The notes under the pieces were generated by a model. That model searched no databases. It saw only the letters and a list, made by a program, of their open reading frames with translations, and was not told where the DNA came from. Shown piece after piece: positions 47,283 to 58,864 of a stretch of 64,000 nucleotides of DNA. A program made the translations under genes and the position numbers. Position 1 is the stretch's first letter, and each line of letters opens with the position of its first letter. Source of the DNA: Cyanophora paradoxa CCMP329 (lineage: Eukaryota; Plantae; Glaucophyta); the NCBI GenBank assembly GCA_004431415.1, contig QPMI01000075.1:1-64000 (forward strand), given 5' to 3'.

Positions 47283-50200
47283 CGAGTGGAATCGGGCGGG
47301 CGGGCGAGGCGCACGACGCGGGCCGAGTTCTTCTCCTCGTCGAACCAGGCGATCTCCTGCCGCAGAATGGACCTGCGGGGCCTCAGACAAGCAAGCAAAC
47401 AAACGGATCAAATCAGAGAAGCGAAGGCACCGGAACGTGCCGAGGCGGAGCCGGTACGTCAGGTCCTCCCCCACGATTCCGAAGCACGCGATCTGAGGCG
47501 GAGCCCGCGGCCTCAGAGGAGCAGAAGAGGGGGGCAGAGGAAGAGGGCGGGCCTTGGCGAGGACGAAGGCGAAGATGGCGCCGCCGAGGGCCACGAACAT
47601 GAGGGACCAGAAACGCGCCTCGCGCTCCACGTCCGCGCTCCACGGCCTAGAAATAGAACGGATCAAATGAATTCGCACACACCGAGACAATACGGCTAAG
47701 GATGGAACTGAGGTGTCCGTAAAGTGTCAAGTCGAGAGATGAGTCTACTGGTTACGCCGTGTAGGGAACCTATCAGCCATCGGACAGGGTGGAGCTAATC
47801 GGCCTAAAAATAGAATGGGGGGGGGGGGAGGGGGGGGGGGGGGGGGCCTAAAGAAGTCAGCGCTCCACGGCCTAAAGGCCTAAAGGCCGAAAGGCTCCAC
47901 GGCCTAAAGAAGTGAGGAGAGGGGGGGTGGGGGGGGTGGGCAGCACTTATAGAATGGGGATGGGTGGAAGGGGCCTAAAGGCCTAAAGGCCTAAAGGCCT
48001 AAAGAAGGGAAATAGATTAGCTCCACGTCCGCGCTCCACGGCCTAAAGAAGTGACGAGAGGGAAGGCGGGGGGTGGTGGGGGGAGGGGGGGGGGGAGGTG
48101 GGAGGAGGGGGGGGGGGAGGAGGGGTAAGCACTTGTAGAAGACGGCGAGGATCTCCGAGAAGATGACGGACCAGATGGGGAAGACGCAGCCGCCGCCCAG
48201 CGCCCCCAGCGCGCCTGCTCGCCCCCGCGTCAGACTTTTGGCGGCCGGAGGAGGAGAAGGAAGGAGGCGGACCGAGGAGGAGGAGCCACCACTTGCCGGA
48301 GACGATCTTCATGACGCGGCCTGCGCGGGCGCGCGCGCACGGGTCGCGAAGGTCGGACGGGGTTGGGGAGAAGGGAGGGGAGGGGGGGGGGGTTGGGGGG
48401 GAGGGGGGGGAGGGGGAGGGGGGGGGGTTGGATGCTGAGGCTGCGCACCCCAGGGGACGGGCACCGAGAACTCCTTGGCCTTCTTCCCCTTGTCCTTGTT
48501 CTTCTTGCCGCCGTTCGCCTCCGCGTCTGCACACACTCAAACTCGTAAGTAGTCGTTCGTGGGCGGCGAGCGCGGGCGGGGGGTAGCGCGGGCACCGTCC
48601 CCCAGCTGGACCGGGGCGCCCTCCTGCACCTCCAGAGATCCCTTCAGCTGCGCCTGGCGGGGCGCAGCTCTTAGGGCGGCGTGGCGGACGAGCGCGGAGC
48701 GGGGCCGGCACACACCGGCTGCTGAGCGGGGGAGAGGGTCGCGGCCTGAGGGCGCGAGGCGGTCGATCCGTGCAAGGCGTGCGAGCAGGGCGGATCTCGG
48801 GCGCACGGCAGGGGCGGGCAGGGGCGCGTCGGGGTCGCCGCCCGCTCCCCCCGCCGCCGCACCCATCGCCTGCGAGATCTAGAGCTCAGCGCGCGGCGGC
48901 GAAGCGAAGCTCGCAGCGAGGAGCGGTGGTCGGACCTGCGCGTCGCGCTCCTCGTCTTGCTTGGTGGACTGCCCGCCAAAAATAAGATAGAGGGAGAGAG
49001 AGTTAGATAGAGGACGGTCGCATTAGATAGAGTTAGATAGATAGTTAAATAGAGGACCTGGGCCTGGACGAGCCCGTGGTAGAGGCCGCCGCGGGCCATC
49101 AGCGACTCGTGCGTGCCCTCCTCCGCCACCCGCTGCGGCCCCCAGCTCAGCTCGGCCCGGCCCGGCTTGGACGCCGCCCCCGCCCTCACCCCCTCATTGA
49201 AGACATAGATCCTGTCGGCCTTCTGGATCGTCGAGAGGCGGTGCGCGATCACTGGCGGGGATCCGGCGGTTAGGCTGGGGGAGCTCGGGAAGGAAGGAAA
49301 GGAAGCGCACCGAGGGTGGTGCGGCCCCTCATGAGGCGGTCGAGGGCCTCCTGCACCACCCGCTCGCTCTGCGTGTCCAGCGCCGACGTGGCCTGCGAGC
49401 GATCCATTCCGTGAGCGGGTGCATCGAGCTTGTGTGAGGGAGGGGGGCTATTCTTAGGACCTCGTCGAGGAGGAGGATGCGGGGGTTCTTGATCAGCGCC
49501 CGCGCGATCGCGATCCGCTGCTTCTGCCCCCCCGAGAGCTGCGAGCCTGCCGGGGGAGTGAGCGAGCGGGCAAGGGGCGAGGGGCGAGGCGCGGACGAGC
49601 ATGCAGCTGCGGGTGCGGCGAGGGCGGCGCCGGCGAAGCGCACCGATGTCGCCGACGTAGGTGTCGTAGCCCTTAGGCATCTTCGAGATGAAGTCGTGCG
49701 CGTTCGAGGCCTGCGGGGCGCGGCATCGGCGTCGGCATTGGCGCCGCGCCGCGCCCGCTCCGCAGCGCACCTTGCAGGCCGCGACGATGTCGTCCATCGT
49801 GGCGTCCTCCTTGCCCATCTGCCGCACCGCCGCCGCCGCGTGAGAGGGGGCTCGCTGAGAGAGAGAGGGGGGCCGGCTTCGGCTCCGCCGACCCGAATGT
49901 TCTCGGCAATCGAAGTGGCGAAGAGCACGGGCTCCTGCGCCAGCCATCCGACCCGTCAGAGGGAAAGAAGGAAAGAAGCCCGAGGGCGGGGGCGGGGGCC
50001 CAGGGCGGCTAGGCCTAGGACGGCCCCCAGGCCTAGGAAGGCCCCGGCCCAGGCCTAGGCCCGGGACTGGGGCGGCTAGGCCTAGGAGGGCGACCCCCAG
50101 GCGGCTCGCACGTGTACGTCAGCCGCTTATGGCCTAGGCCTAGGCCTAGGCCCGGGACTGGGGCGGCCCGCGCGCGCGCCTGGCCGACGAGGCCGATCTG

Positions 50201-53200
50201 GGAGCGCCACCAGCGGACGCTGAGGCCGCGCAGGTCCCTCCCGTCCACCGTCACCGCCCCCGCCTGCCAGCGGATAGAGGATGAGGAGCAGGCGCGTGGA
50301 GGGAGAGAGGGAGAGGGAGAGAGGCGGCACCGCCGGGTCGTAGTACCGGAGGAGGAGCTGCATGCACGTGCTCTGCAAAGGCCGCGTCCCTCAGAGGGCT
50401 CGCAGAGCGGTAGCCTAAGGTGGCTTAGGTGTGGCGGTAGAGTTAAGATCTGCCCTGTCGGGCAAGACTTGCTTGCACTGGGTGTCCTCTAGAGGGCCCG
50501 CGGGGCGGAGCAGAGCTAGCGAGGCGGGGCGATGCGTGGAGGGAGGAGGGGGCGGGCACCTTCCCGCAGCCGGAGTGGCCGACGAGGGCGACGGTCTCGC
50601 CCCTCCGGACGGAGAGGGAGGCCCCCCGCAGCACGGGCACCTCCGCCCGCGTCGGCTGCGCGCCGCCCTTCGAATTCAGACAGAGCAGACGGACGGACCA
50701 GAGCCTCGGGCGCACGTAGGCGAACTCGACGCCGCTGAAGTCGATGTCGCCCTGCGCAGAGCCGAATTCGAATCGGGGGAAGGCCGCGGCAATCGGTTCG
50801 GATTCCAAGTTTCGCTATCCAAAAGTCTAAGATTCCTCTAAGATTAAGGAGATATATAGAAGAGAGGGGGGAGCGCACGGAGAGGGACGGCAGGGTCTCC
50901 CCGCTCGGCTCGAAGACGTCGATCCTGCGCACGAAGTCAGTCGGCTCGGCGGGCCCCTCAGAAAGCAAAAGCAAACAGAACAGCGAGCTCGAGCGGGGCG
51001 CGCACGCGGACTTGCGGTCGCAGATGGCCCAGACGGAGAACGCCGCCCCGCGGCCGTCCGCGATGACGGGGAAGTGCGGGCTCGCCTGCCTGCGCCCACG
51101 CCCGCCGCTCAGCTCAAGGAGGCTTCGAGGCCGAGAGGCCTCCTAGAGGCCTCCTCCTAGAGGCTAGGGCTTGTGATCGGAATTTGATCTCGGGTCGTTG
51201 TTGCTGTTGCTGCGCACCCGATGCCGAAGGAGCCCATGATGATCGCGAAGAAGACGGTCATAATGTCGCCGCCGGTGTAGACCTGCCCCCGCGCCGGGTT
51301 GTAGACCTGTTGTTGTGGAATTAGAGCGAATCCGGACGGAGAAGAGCGGAGGAGGAGTAGAAGGGCGCGCGTTGTTGTGGATGAGCCAGGAGCCGAACCA
51401 GAAGGCCAGGGCGTAGGAGCAGAACATGGTCTGGTACCCCTTTTCAGATGTACAGCGGAGGCTAAAAATAGAGCAGGGAGTACCAGCATCATAAAGCCGA
51501 CCGACATGCCGGCACCGAACCTGCGGTCGGGCTCAACGGGTACGATAACCTCCGCGAAAGATACCGCGTACCCCTTCTTCATGCCGAAGCGCCGGGCCTC
51601 CTGCAGGTTGTCGCGGTACCGTTGCTGTTGCCCCTTCCGCTCAGCAGAGCAAGGGCAGGAAGGGGGGGGGGGTACAAGGACCTGCTCCTTTTCCTCGCCC
51701 GTGTACGAAACAACAGTCCTTATGCTCGTTACAACCTGACCGGGTACGTCACGCGAGGAAGGTCAGCGGGAGGGGGGTACGCTCGCCTCGTCGGCCACAT
51801 CGCCGGCCTTCGCGTACGCTTCCTGCCCGCTCTGGCTCGCCTGTGTCTGCCGAGGGGCTCAAGGGGTGCAGGAGCGGATCGGAGGGGGGTACCCACGCAC
51901 GATGAACTTCGTCGTCATGGCCCCACAGACCCCCAAGATCGGCATGAACTGCGGGGGTACGCGATCGAAAGGGGTACGTGATCTCGAGATGCGCGGAACT
52001 CGTACCCCCATGATCAGGAGGGCGAGGTGCCACCCCTTCGCGAATCCCACCGCCATGCCGGCTGCGCAGGCAGCGCATAAGCCGCGCAATCGGGCACCCC
52101 GGCAGGGGTAACGCGCCGATGAAGGTCGCCAGATTGTGTATCACGCTCCCAACCTTCTCGCCGATGCTACGTACACGGGGGTGAATCATCGGGTTGCTCC
52201 TTCCAATGATTCAGACCGGGGGGAGGGGGAAAAGGAGAAGGCGCACGCGTCCTGGATGAGCTTGACGTCGGCGTTGATCCGCGAGGAAAGCTCTCCCGGC
52301 TTGTGCGTGTCGAACCAGGCGACCTGGGGGTACGGTGATCCGGGAAGGGCCGAGCGGTGCGCTGGTCTCGCGCGCCTCCTGGCGCAGCATCGACTTGAGC
52401 AGCGCTGTCCGGATGCGGCGGCATTGCCGCTCCGAGTTGATCATCCACATACCCGTCTCCAGCCTGCGTACCCCCCCCCCCCCGAGCTTCAGGAGGGTAC
52501 GGCGATCCGATTTGAAGAAATGGGGTACTGCACCAGGAGGCGAAGAAAAGGCCGACGCCGACGAGGACGTAGACCTGGGTGGTGTTGAACGGGCCAGCAG
52601 CGTACCCCCCGGATCGGACGGACCTGGGCGTAGAACGAGACCTGAAGCGGGGACCGCGGGTCAGCGGGGCGGGGCGGACGGGTAGCCACGCTGGGGCGCC
52701 GCACGTGGGCTTCGATGTCCGCGCTGTTCAGGCTCTGCGTGCGCAAGGGGTCAGCAGCGGCCGCGCGGACGCGCGGCGGCACGCCGTACGTTCAACATCT
52801 CTCCCTGCACGGCGGAAGCGATCAGCGGCGCGGGACGGCGGAGCGGCGGCGGGCGCGGACAAAGATGATGGTGAGGGCGGGGAGGGCGGCGCCGTTGACC
52901 AGGGCGCCGATCGTCCCCAGCAGCATGATCAGCTTGTCCGTCGGCGTTGCGAAGCGGAACAAAAGCGATGAGAACGGGACCTGCGCGGGCGCCTCAGGAA
53001 CACGGAGGCGAGCACTAGCTAGCACGCAGCAGCGCCGCACCATCTTATCAGGATCGGGCTTCTTCTTCTTCCCCGTGCCGTCAACGTCTGCCGCCTTTCC
53101 GGCGTCTCCCTTCTGGTCGCCGCCTCCCTTCTCTGTATGCACGATCGTCATACGTATGCATGATCATGCACGTACGCGCGGACGTCCGGCGTCCACGCGG

Positions 53201-53358
53201 TGCCGGCGGCGCGCACCGTTCAACTGGGGCATGGGCTCGACATACTCCACGCCGAGCGGCGGCGCGGGGGAATCCCGCAGCTGGAATTTTTGCGCCACAT
53301 GCGTCGAGCTCGGACGGAGATGCACGGACGGATCGGCCAAGATCGCCGGCTTCTCCAT
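41914..53358 (-). CDS. ABCB1: Full-size ABCB (MDR/P-glycoprotein-like) transporter, many short introns
   Basis: [34 protein letters not shown]; [13 protein letters not shown]. Walker [15 protein letters not shown] (~50560) and [14 protein letters not shown] (~43990). Signature [18 protein letters not shown] + ILLLDE occurs twice (~49500, ~42630), as does (I/V)AHRLST. The symbol is family-level only; start and stop are inferred. Confidence 0.93.
44355..45409 (-). mobile_element. Non-autonomous Helitron2/Helentron-like element (~1.05 kb) in an ABCB intron
   Basis: Minus-strand 5' end TTGCAAGGGGGGAAAGAAGACCGAAGGTCTTCCCCCCTTGC forms a terminal hairpin. A subterminal inverse TTCCCCCCTTGCA lies ~35 bp from the 3' end, followed by the hairpin CCCGGCGCG-ccaaaa-CGCGGCCGGG and CTAG. 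Inserted in an AT-rich (attaag)n tract. Confidence 0.8.
47650..48019 (-). mobile_element. 370-bp insertion with 26-bp duplication; truncated relative of the 35850-36771 element plus templated junction DNA
   Basis: Duplication gctccacgtccgcgctccacggccta at 47624-47649 and 48020-48045. gaattcgcacacaccgagaca...cggacagggtggagcta is shared with 35863-35989. Confidence 0.75.
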
Positions 53359-53985
53359 AGTCGCTGATCTGCCAGGCTGGACGTACACACCGCGGCCGGC
53401 CGCTGCCGCAGTGCTCTCCTTGGCTTCAGTTGCTGAGTAGCTACCGGAAGTACTAGAGGCTGAGCTGCTTGAAGCTGCTTCGAGCTTCCAAGCTAACGCA
53501 ATCTGCTAGCGCTGCTCTCAGTGACTCGTGACGTGCTGTTGGGTACGTACGTATACGCTGTTGGGTACGCTACCCAGGCTAACTCAGCTCCAGGACTCCA
53601 TAAAGCCCCCGCCCTGGTACCGAACCCGCATGCGCACGCGGATCGTTCGACGGCATTTTCTCGGCTAGCAGCGACCTGCCGCAGTGGGAGGCGAGAGAGG
53701 GCTGTTCGCCGCAGTGTTCGGTAGCTTCGGGGGAGCTTTACCGACGATTCAAGGGAGGGGCGTCCGACGGTCGACAAATCATCACCCTTTCGTCGGCTGA
53801 AGAGTGTCGTGGCGTGTTCGTCTCTAGCTACGCCTCCGTCGAGTTCGACTCCGCGAGCGCGGTCGAGCCGCGGCAGTGGTGTTCGGCGGCATTAGGTGAC
53901 CCGGGCGAACTCGAGCTCGAGGACGCCATCGCCGCTCGTTCCGCAGCTGCAGCCGACGGTCAGCTCCTCTTGACGGCGCTGCGGG

Positions 53986-56900
53986 ATGGTGCGCTGGGAC
54001 GCCGCGAGCGGCGCGCTCGTCATGAAGGAGGAGAAGAGGAAGCAATGGCCGGGGGACGAGGTCCAGCGGGCCGGCCCGGACCGCCTCCGCCTCCTCGACC
54101 TCGCCGACAACAAAATCTCGTCCATCCACGGCGCGCCGCCTTCGGTCCCGCCGCGTCGCGTCGCGCGCAGCCGAAAGCTGACAGGGCCCGGGTCGCCGGC
54201 GCGCGGGCGCGCAGGGAAGAGCCTGACGCCGCTCGCGAAGCTGGAGGTGCTGTTCCTCGACGGCAACGGGCTCAAGGCGCTCCCGCCGGAGATCGGGGGC
54301 CTCACCAACCTGCGCACCCTCGGCCTGAACCGGAACAAGTGCGCCGCCCGCCTGCCCTCCGCCCGCCTGCCCCCAACCGAGCGCGCCGCGCGCCGCGCCG
54401 CGCCGCAGGCTCGCGCACATCCCGCCCGAGATCGGCAGCCTCGTCGAGCTGCGGTGCGGCGCGCTGCCTCCGCGGCGCCCCGCCTGCCGGCGCGCCTCAC
54501 GGCGGCGCCGGCGCGGCAGGAAGCTGGGACTGGAGCGGAACGAGCTGACGGCGCTGCCGGCGGCGCTGGGCGCGCTGACGAAGCTAGTGGTGCTCTCGGT
54601 GGCGCACAACCGCCTCGCGGCGCTGCCGCCCGAGCTCGAGTCGCTCTCCCTCCTGGAGGCCCTGGACGCGCGCGAGAACCGCCTCGCGAGCCTCCCGCGG
54701 GGCCTCGGCGCCCTCCCGCACCTCCGCAGGCTCGTCGTGGACGGCAACCCCCTCTCCAAGGCCGACCTGCCCCCCGCCGCCCGCCGCACCAGCGACGCCC
54801 TCCTCGAGTACCTCCGCTCCAGCCGTGCGCCCCGCGCGCGCTCCCGTCCCGCGCCGCTCTCTCTGCTCAGCGAGGCGGGGCGGGCGGCAGAGCGCGTGCT
54901 GGTGCCCAAGGAGGAGAAGTGGAGCCCGGGGGAGGGCTTCCTCAACCTCTCCCAGTCGGGCCTTGAGGCGTGGCCCGCCGACGAGATCGCCGCCGTCGGC
55001 CCCGAGAACATCCGCGAGCTCGACCTCGGCGGCAACCTCATCCGCTCCCTCCCCGGCGCGCCCCGCCCCGATTCGATCTCGCCCCGGATCGCGGCGCTAT
55101 GTGCCCCCCCTGCTGACCGGGGCGCGCGCGTGCACGCGCAGGGCCCGAGCTCGCGAAGCTGGTCAACCTCACCTGGCTGCGCCTCACCCACAACCTGTGC
55201 GCGCTCGCCGCCCGCCCCGCTCCGGCCTCCCCCGCCCCCTCGCGCTGACGCCCTGCAGGCTGACGGAGCTGCCGCCGGAGCTGGGGCGGCTGACGCGGCT
55301 GCGGACGCTCCTGCTGCGCGAGAACAAGCTCTTCAGCCTGCCCCGCGAGGTCGGCTCCCTGGTCAACCTGCGCGAGCTCCGCGTCTCGGGGAACGGCCTG
55401 CGGGCCCTGCCCCCCGAGCTCGGCCGGCTGCCCAGGCTCGAGGTCCTGCACCTGTACCCCAACGAGCTCCTGCGGCTGCCCCCCGGCTGCCACGAGGGCG
55501 ACGCGCCCGAGACCGTCCTCGAGTGCCTCCGCTCCCTCGCCGCCTCGCCCCGTGCGCCGCCCTCCGAGGCTCCGCACCCGCACCCGCCCACCTCTCACCG
55601 CTCGCGCAGAGTCCTCCTCGGGCCCCTTCGGCTCCCGCCTTCTGGTGCGCTCCCCTTCCCTTCCCGGCGCGCAGGCGCCCACCCGCGGATAGCCGCTGAC
55701 GCCGCGCCGGCAGCGCGGGCCGGGGCCGCTGGAGCTCGCCCCGGGGGGCTACCTGAATCTCGAGTGCCGCGGGCTGACCGAGTGGCCGGCGGCGCTGATC
55801 GAGGCGGCGGGGCCCGCCCGCCTCCGCCGCCTCGACCTCGACCGCAACAGCATCGCCGAGATCCCCGGTCCGCCCCCGGCCCCGCCCCGCCCCGCCCCGC
55901 CCCGAGGCCCGTACGCCGTCCGCCGAGCGGGGAGCGCAGGCGCGGCGCTGGCGCGGCTCGCGGGCCTGCAGGAGCTGCACCTGGGGGGCAACCGCCTGCG
56001 CCGCCTGCCCCCGGAGATCGTCTGCCTCCGCTCCCTCCGCACCCTCACCGTCCACGGCAACCTCATCCAGGCGCGCGCGCCCCCGTACCCCTCCCTCTAC
56101 CCCTCTTAAACCCCTTCCCCCCCTTGGCACCCCGCAGGCGCTGCCGCCCGGGCTTGCGCAGCTGCCGCGGCTGGTGTACCTGGCGGCGCTGCCGAACCCG
56201 CTGCAGGAGCTGCCGGCGGCGGCGCGCGCCAGCGACGAGGCGCTCCTCCGCCACCTCCGCCGCCTCGCCGCGCAGCGTGCGCCCCGCGCCCCGCCTGCCC
56301 GCCCTTATGTCTTCGAATTTGCGCCTCCGGGATCCGACAGTGCCCGACGAGCCGAGCGACGAGGCCGCCGCGCCCGCCACGCCGCGCGAGGCCGGTGGCG
56401 CGGAGAAGGAGCAGCCGCCCTCCCCGCGCCGCCGGCGGTCCGCCACCCCGCCGCCCCCGCCGCCCGAGCGCCGAGGCGCGCCCCTCCGACCGGCCCCGTG
56501 CGCGCTGCAGCGGTTCGACGATGCGGCCGAACCCCTCCCGCCCGTCGCGGCGGCCGGGCACGGCGCGGGCGGCCTCATGGCTAGCGCACACGGGCCGTGC
56601 AGCCTGGCGGCGGCCCCTTCGGAGGCGACGGAGGCGGAGACGGAGGCCGAGCTGGGCGCCATCGCCGAGGCCCTCGCCGCGCTGGAGGGGGGCGGGCGGA
56701 GGGGCAGCCCGAGCAGGCGCCGCAAGCCCCACCACCGGAGCCGCTGGAGCCGGAGCCGCAGCTGGCGGCGGCGGCGGGGAAGGCCCCGCCGGAGACGCCG
56801 AGAGCAGCCCCGGAGGCCGCCCCGACGGCGCTGCCGCTGACGCCCCCCGAGTCGGCGCGAATGCCGCCGGCCCCGCCGCTGACCCCGACGCCGGGCGCGG

Positions 56901-58137
56901 GCGCGGGGCCGGCCCGCCCCGCCGGCCTCGCCGCCATGTCCGTCGACGACGTCGCCGTGTGGCTCCAGTGCGCGCCGGCCGCCCCTCCCGCCCCGCCCCG
57001 CCCTGCCGACGGGGCCGGGGCTGCAGGCGGGCGGGCTTCGGGGCGCTGGAGGGGGCCTTCCGCGCGAACTTCGTCTCGGGGCGGGCCCTCCTGCGCCTCG
57101 AGGAGGCCGACCTCGAGCAGCTCGGCCTCGCCGCGCCCCTCGCCCGCAAGAACTTCCGCCTTGAGGCCCGCCCCCTAGGCCTTCGCCCGCGTCGCCCCTC
57201 CCGTCCGACCCTGGGCTTACTTTGCCCGCCTGCCCAGCTGGACGCCCTCAAAGCACAGGCGGAGGAGGCGGAGGCGGCGCCGCGGCCGGGGCACGCGCAC
57301 GCGCCCCCGGGCCTAGGGCTCGCGGGCGCCCCGGCGGGCCCCGGGGCCCTCCGCTACGACGCCTTCATCAGGCGCGTCCCTGGAATCTCGCCCCGCCCGT
57401 CCGACGTCGCTCGCTAAAAAGCGCGCAGCTACGCGCACGCCGACGCGCCGACCGTCCGGCGGTACGTCGAACGGCTTGAGGCCGCCGGCTTCTCCCTCTG
57501 GTGCCGGCCCCGCCCCCGGCCCCGCCCCACCCCGCCCCGGCCCGCCCCGAGCGGGGGGCGCCGCGCGCCGCAGGGTGGACCGGGAGCTCAAGGCCGGCCA
57601 GCAGTGGCTGGAGGTCATCGCGGTGCGCCCCCCCCCCCGCCCGCCCCGCGGCCCGGGCCCCTCGAACAGCCCCCCCTCGACGCGGGGGGTACGCGCAGGA
57701 GGCGATGGTATGCTGCCGGACGTACGTCTGCTTCCTCTCCACCCACTACTTCGCCAGCAAGAACTGCGACGACGAGATGCAGGCGCGCTGAGAGCTAGAC
57801 GGCCCCGCGCGCGGCCTGTCCGAGGCCGACGTCGCGCCGCGCAGTACGCGCACCACAAGCTGCGCATCCCGAAGATCCCCGTCTGGCTCTGCGACCCCGC
57901 CACCCCGGGGCTCAAGATGCGGAGGGCGCGCCACCCCCCGCCCCCCCCCCCCCCCCCCCCCCTCCCTCTTCCCTCCCTCCCCTCCCCTCCCGCGGCCTCT
58001 TGACTGATTGGCGGCGGCAGGACTACGAGGTGATGCTGGCGGGGTTGACACACACGGCGCAGCTGGGCCCCGAGGCGCCCCACGTCGACGCCGCCTGCCG
58101 CGCCCTCGCAGAAGGCCTCCGGTCCGCCCGCCCCTAG
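53986..58137 (+). CDS. LRR-SAM-TIR protein, multi-exon
   Basis: Three LRR blocks (LxxLxLxxNxLxxLPxEIG), each opening with a WP-containing cap. SAM: MSVDDVAVWLQ/AGFGALEGAFRANFVSGRALLRLEEADLEQLGL. TIR_2-like: YDAFIS/Y..LEAAGFSLW/VDRELKAGQQWLEVIA/EAMVCCRTYVCFLSTHYFASKNCDDEMQ/YAHHKLRIPKIPVWL. Stop TAG at 58135-58137. Confidence 0.85.
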
Positions 58138-58864
58138 CCCTGCCAGCCCTGTGCCTCAGGGGCTTGCAATTGCTCGTAGGTCGTTCGGGCTCCCGGGACC
58201 CCGCGCCGCCCCGCACGGTGGCCCACACCACGGACCCGCGGCGACACCATGAAACGATTTGGCGAGGCGATGATTTCACTGACCACGCCCAATATTAATC
58301 ATTGAATAATACACGCCCAATATTAATCATTGAATTGAATTGAGAATGCATCTGAATGTTTGCAATTGTCTCGAATACAAAAGCCAGTAGCTAGCCAATA
58401 GCTAGATACAGTGCCGAATTGCATTTCTAATCGAATCTCAATATTGTCATGTCATGATCATGATGTGCCGGAAGTCTTTTTCTTTTGGAAGTCTTTTCAA
58501 TCTAACAATATTGGCGTCGACGTCAGAGCTACGTTAGGCTACGGTATTTTAATATATAAGATATCGATCATTGCCCGGTTGGGCTTTTGATTTGCAAAAA
58601 ACTAGCTATTCATGCAGTGTTCGCAATTCAAAGCTCCCCAAAGCTGAGCCCACCATCCCGTGTCCCGAGGCTCCCATGACATGCATGGCCGGCCCCACTC
58701 TCTCCGAGGCTCGGCGAGGTTTCGCCAGCGCTCTCGCGCGGCCGCGCGCTGCAGCTGCGCGCGTGAGAAAGCTCAAGAATTGGAGCCGCGGAATAATCAC
58801 TTCTACCTATAGCTGCGTCGGTGCGAAATGGTTTTCCACCTTTACGGACGCCTCAGTCCTAGGC

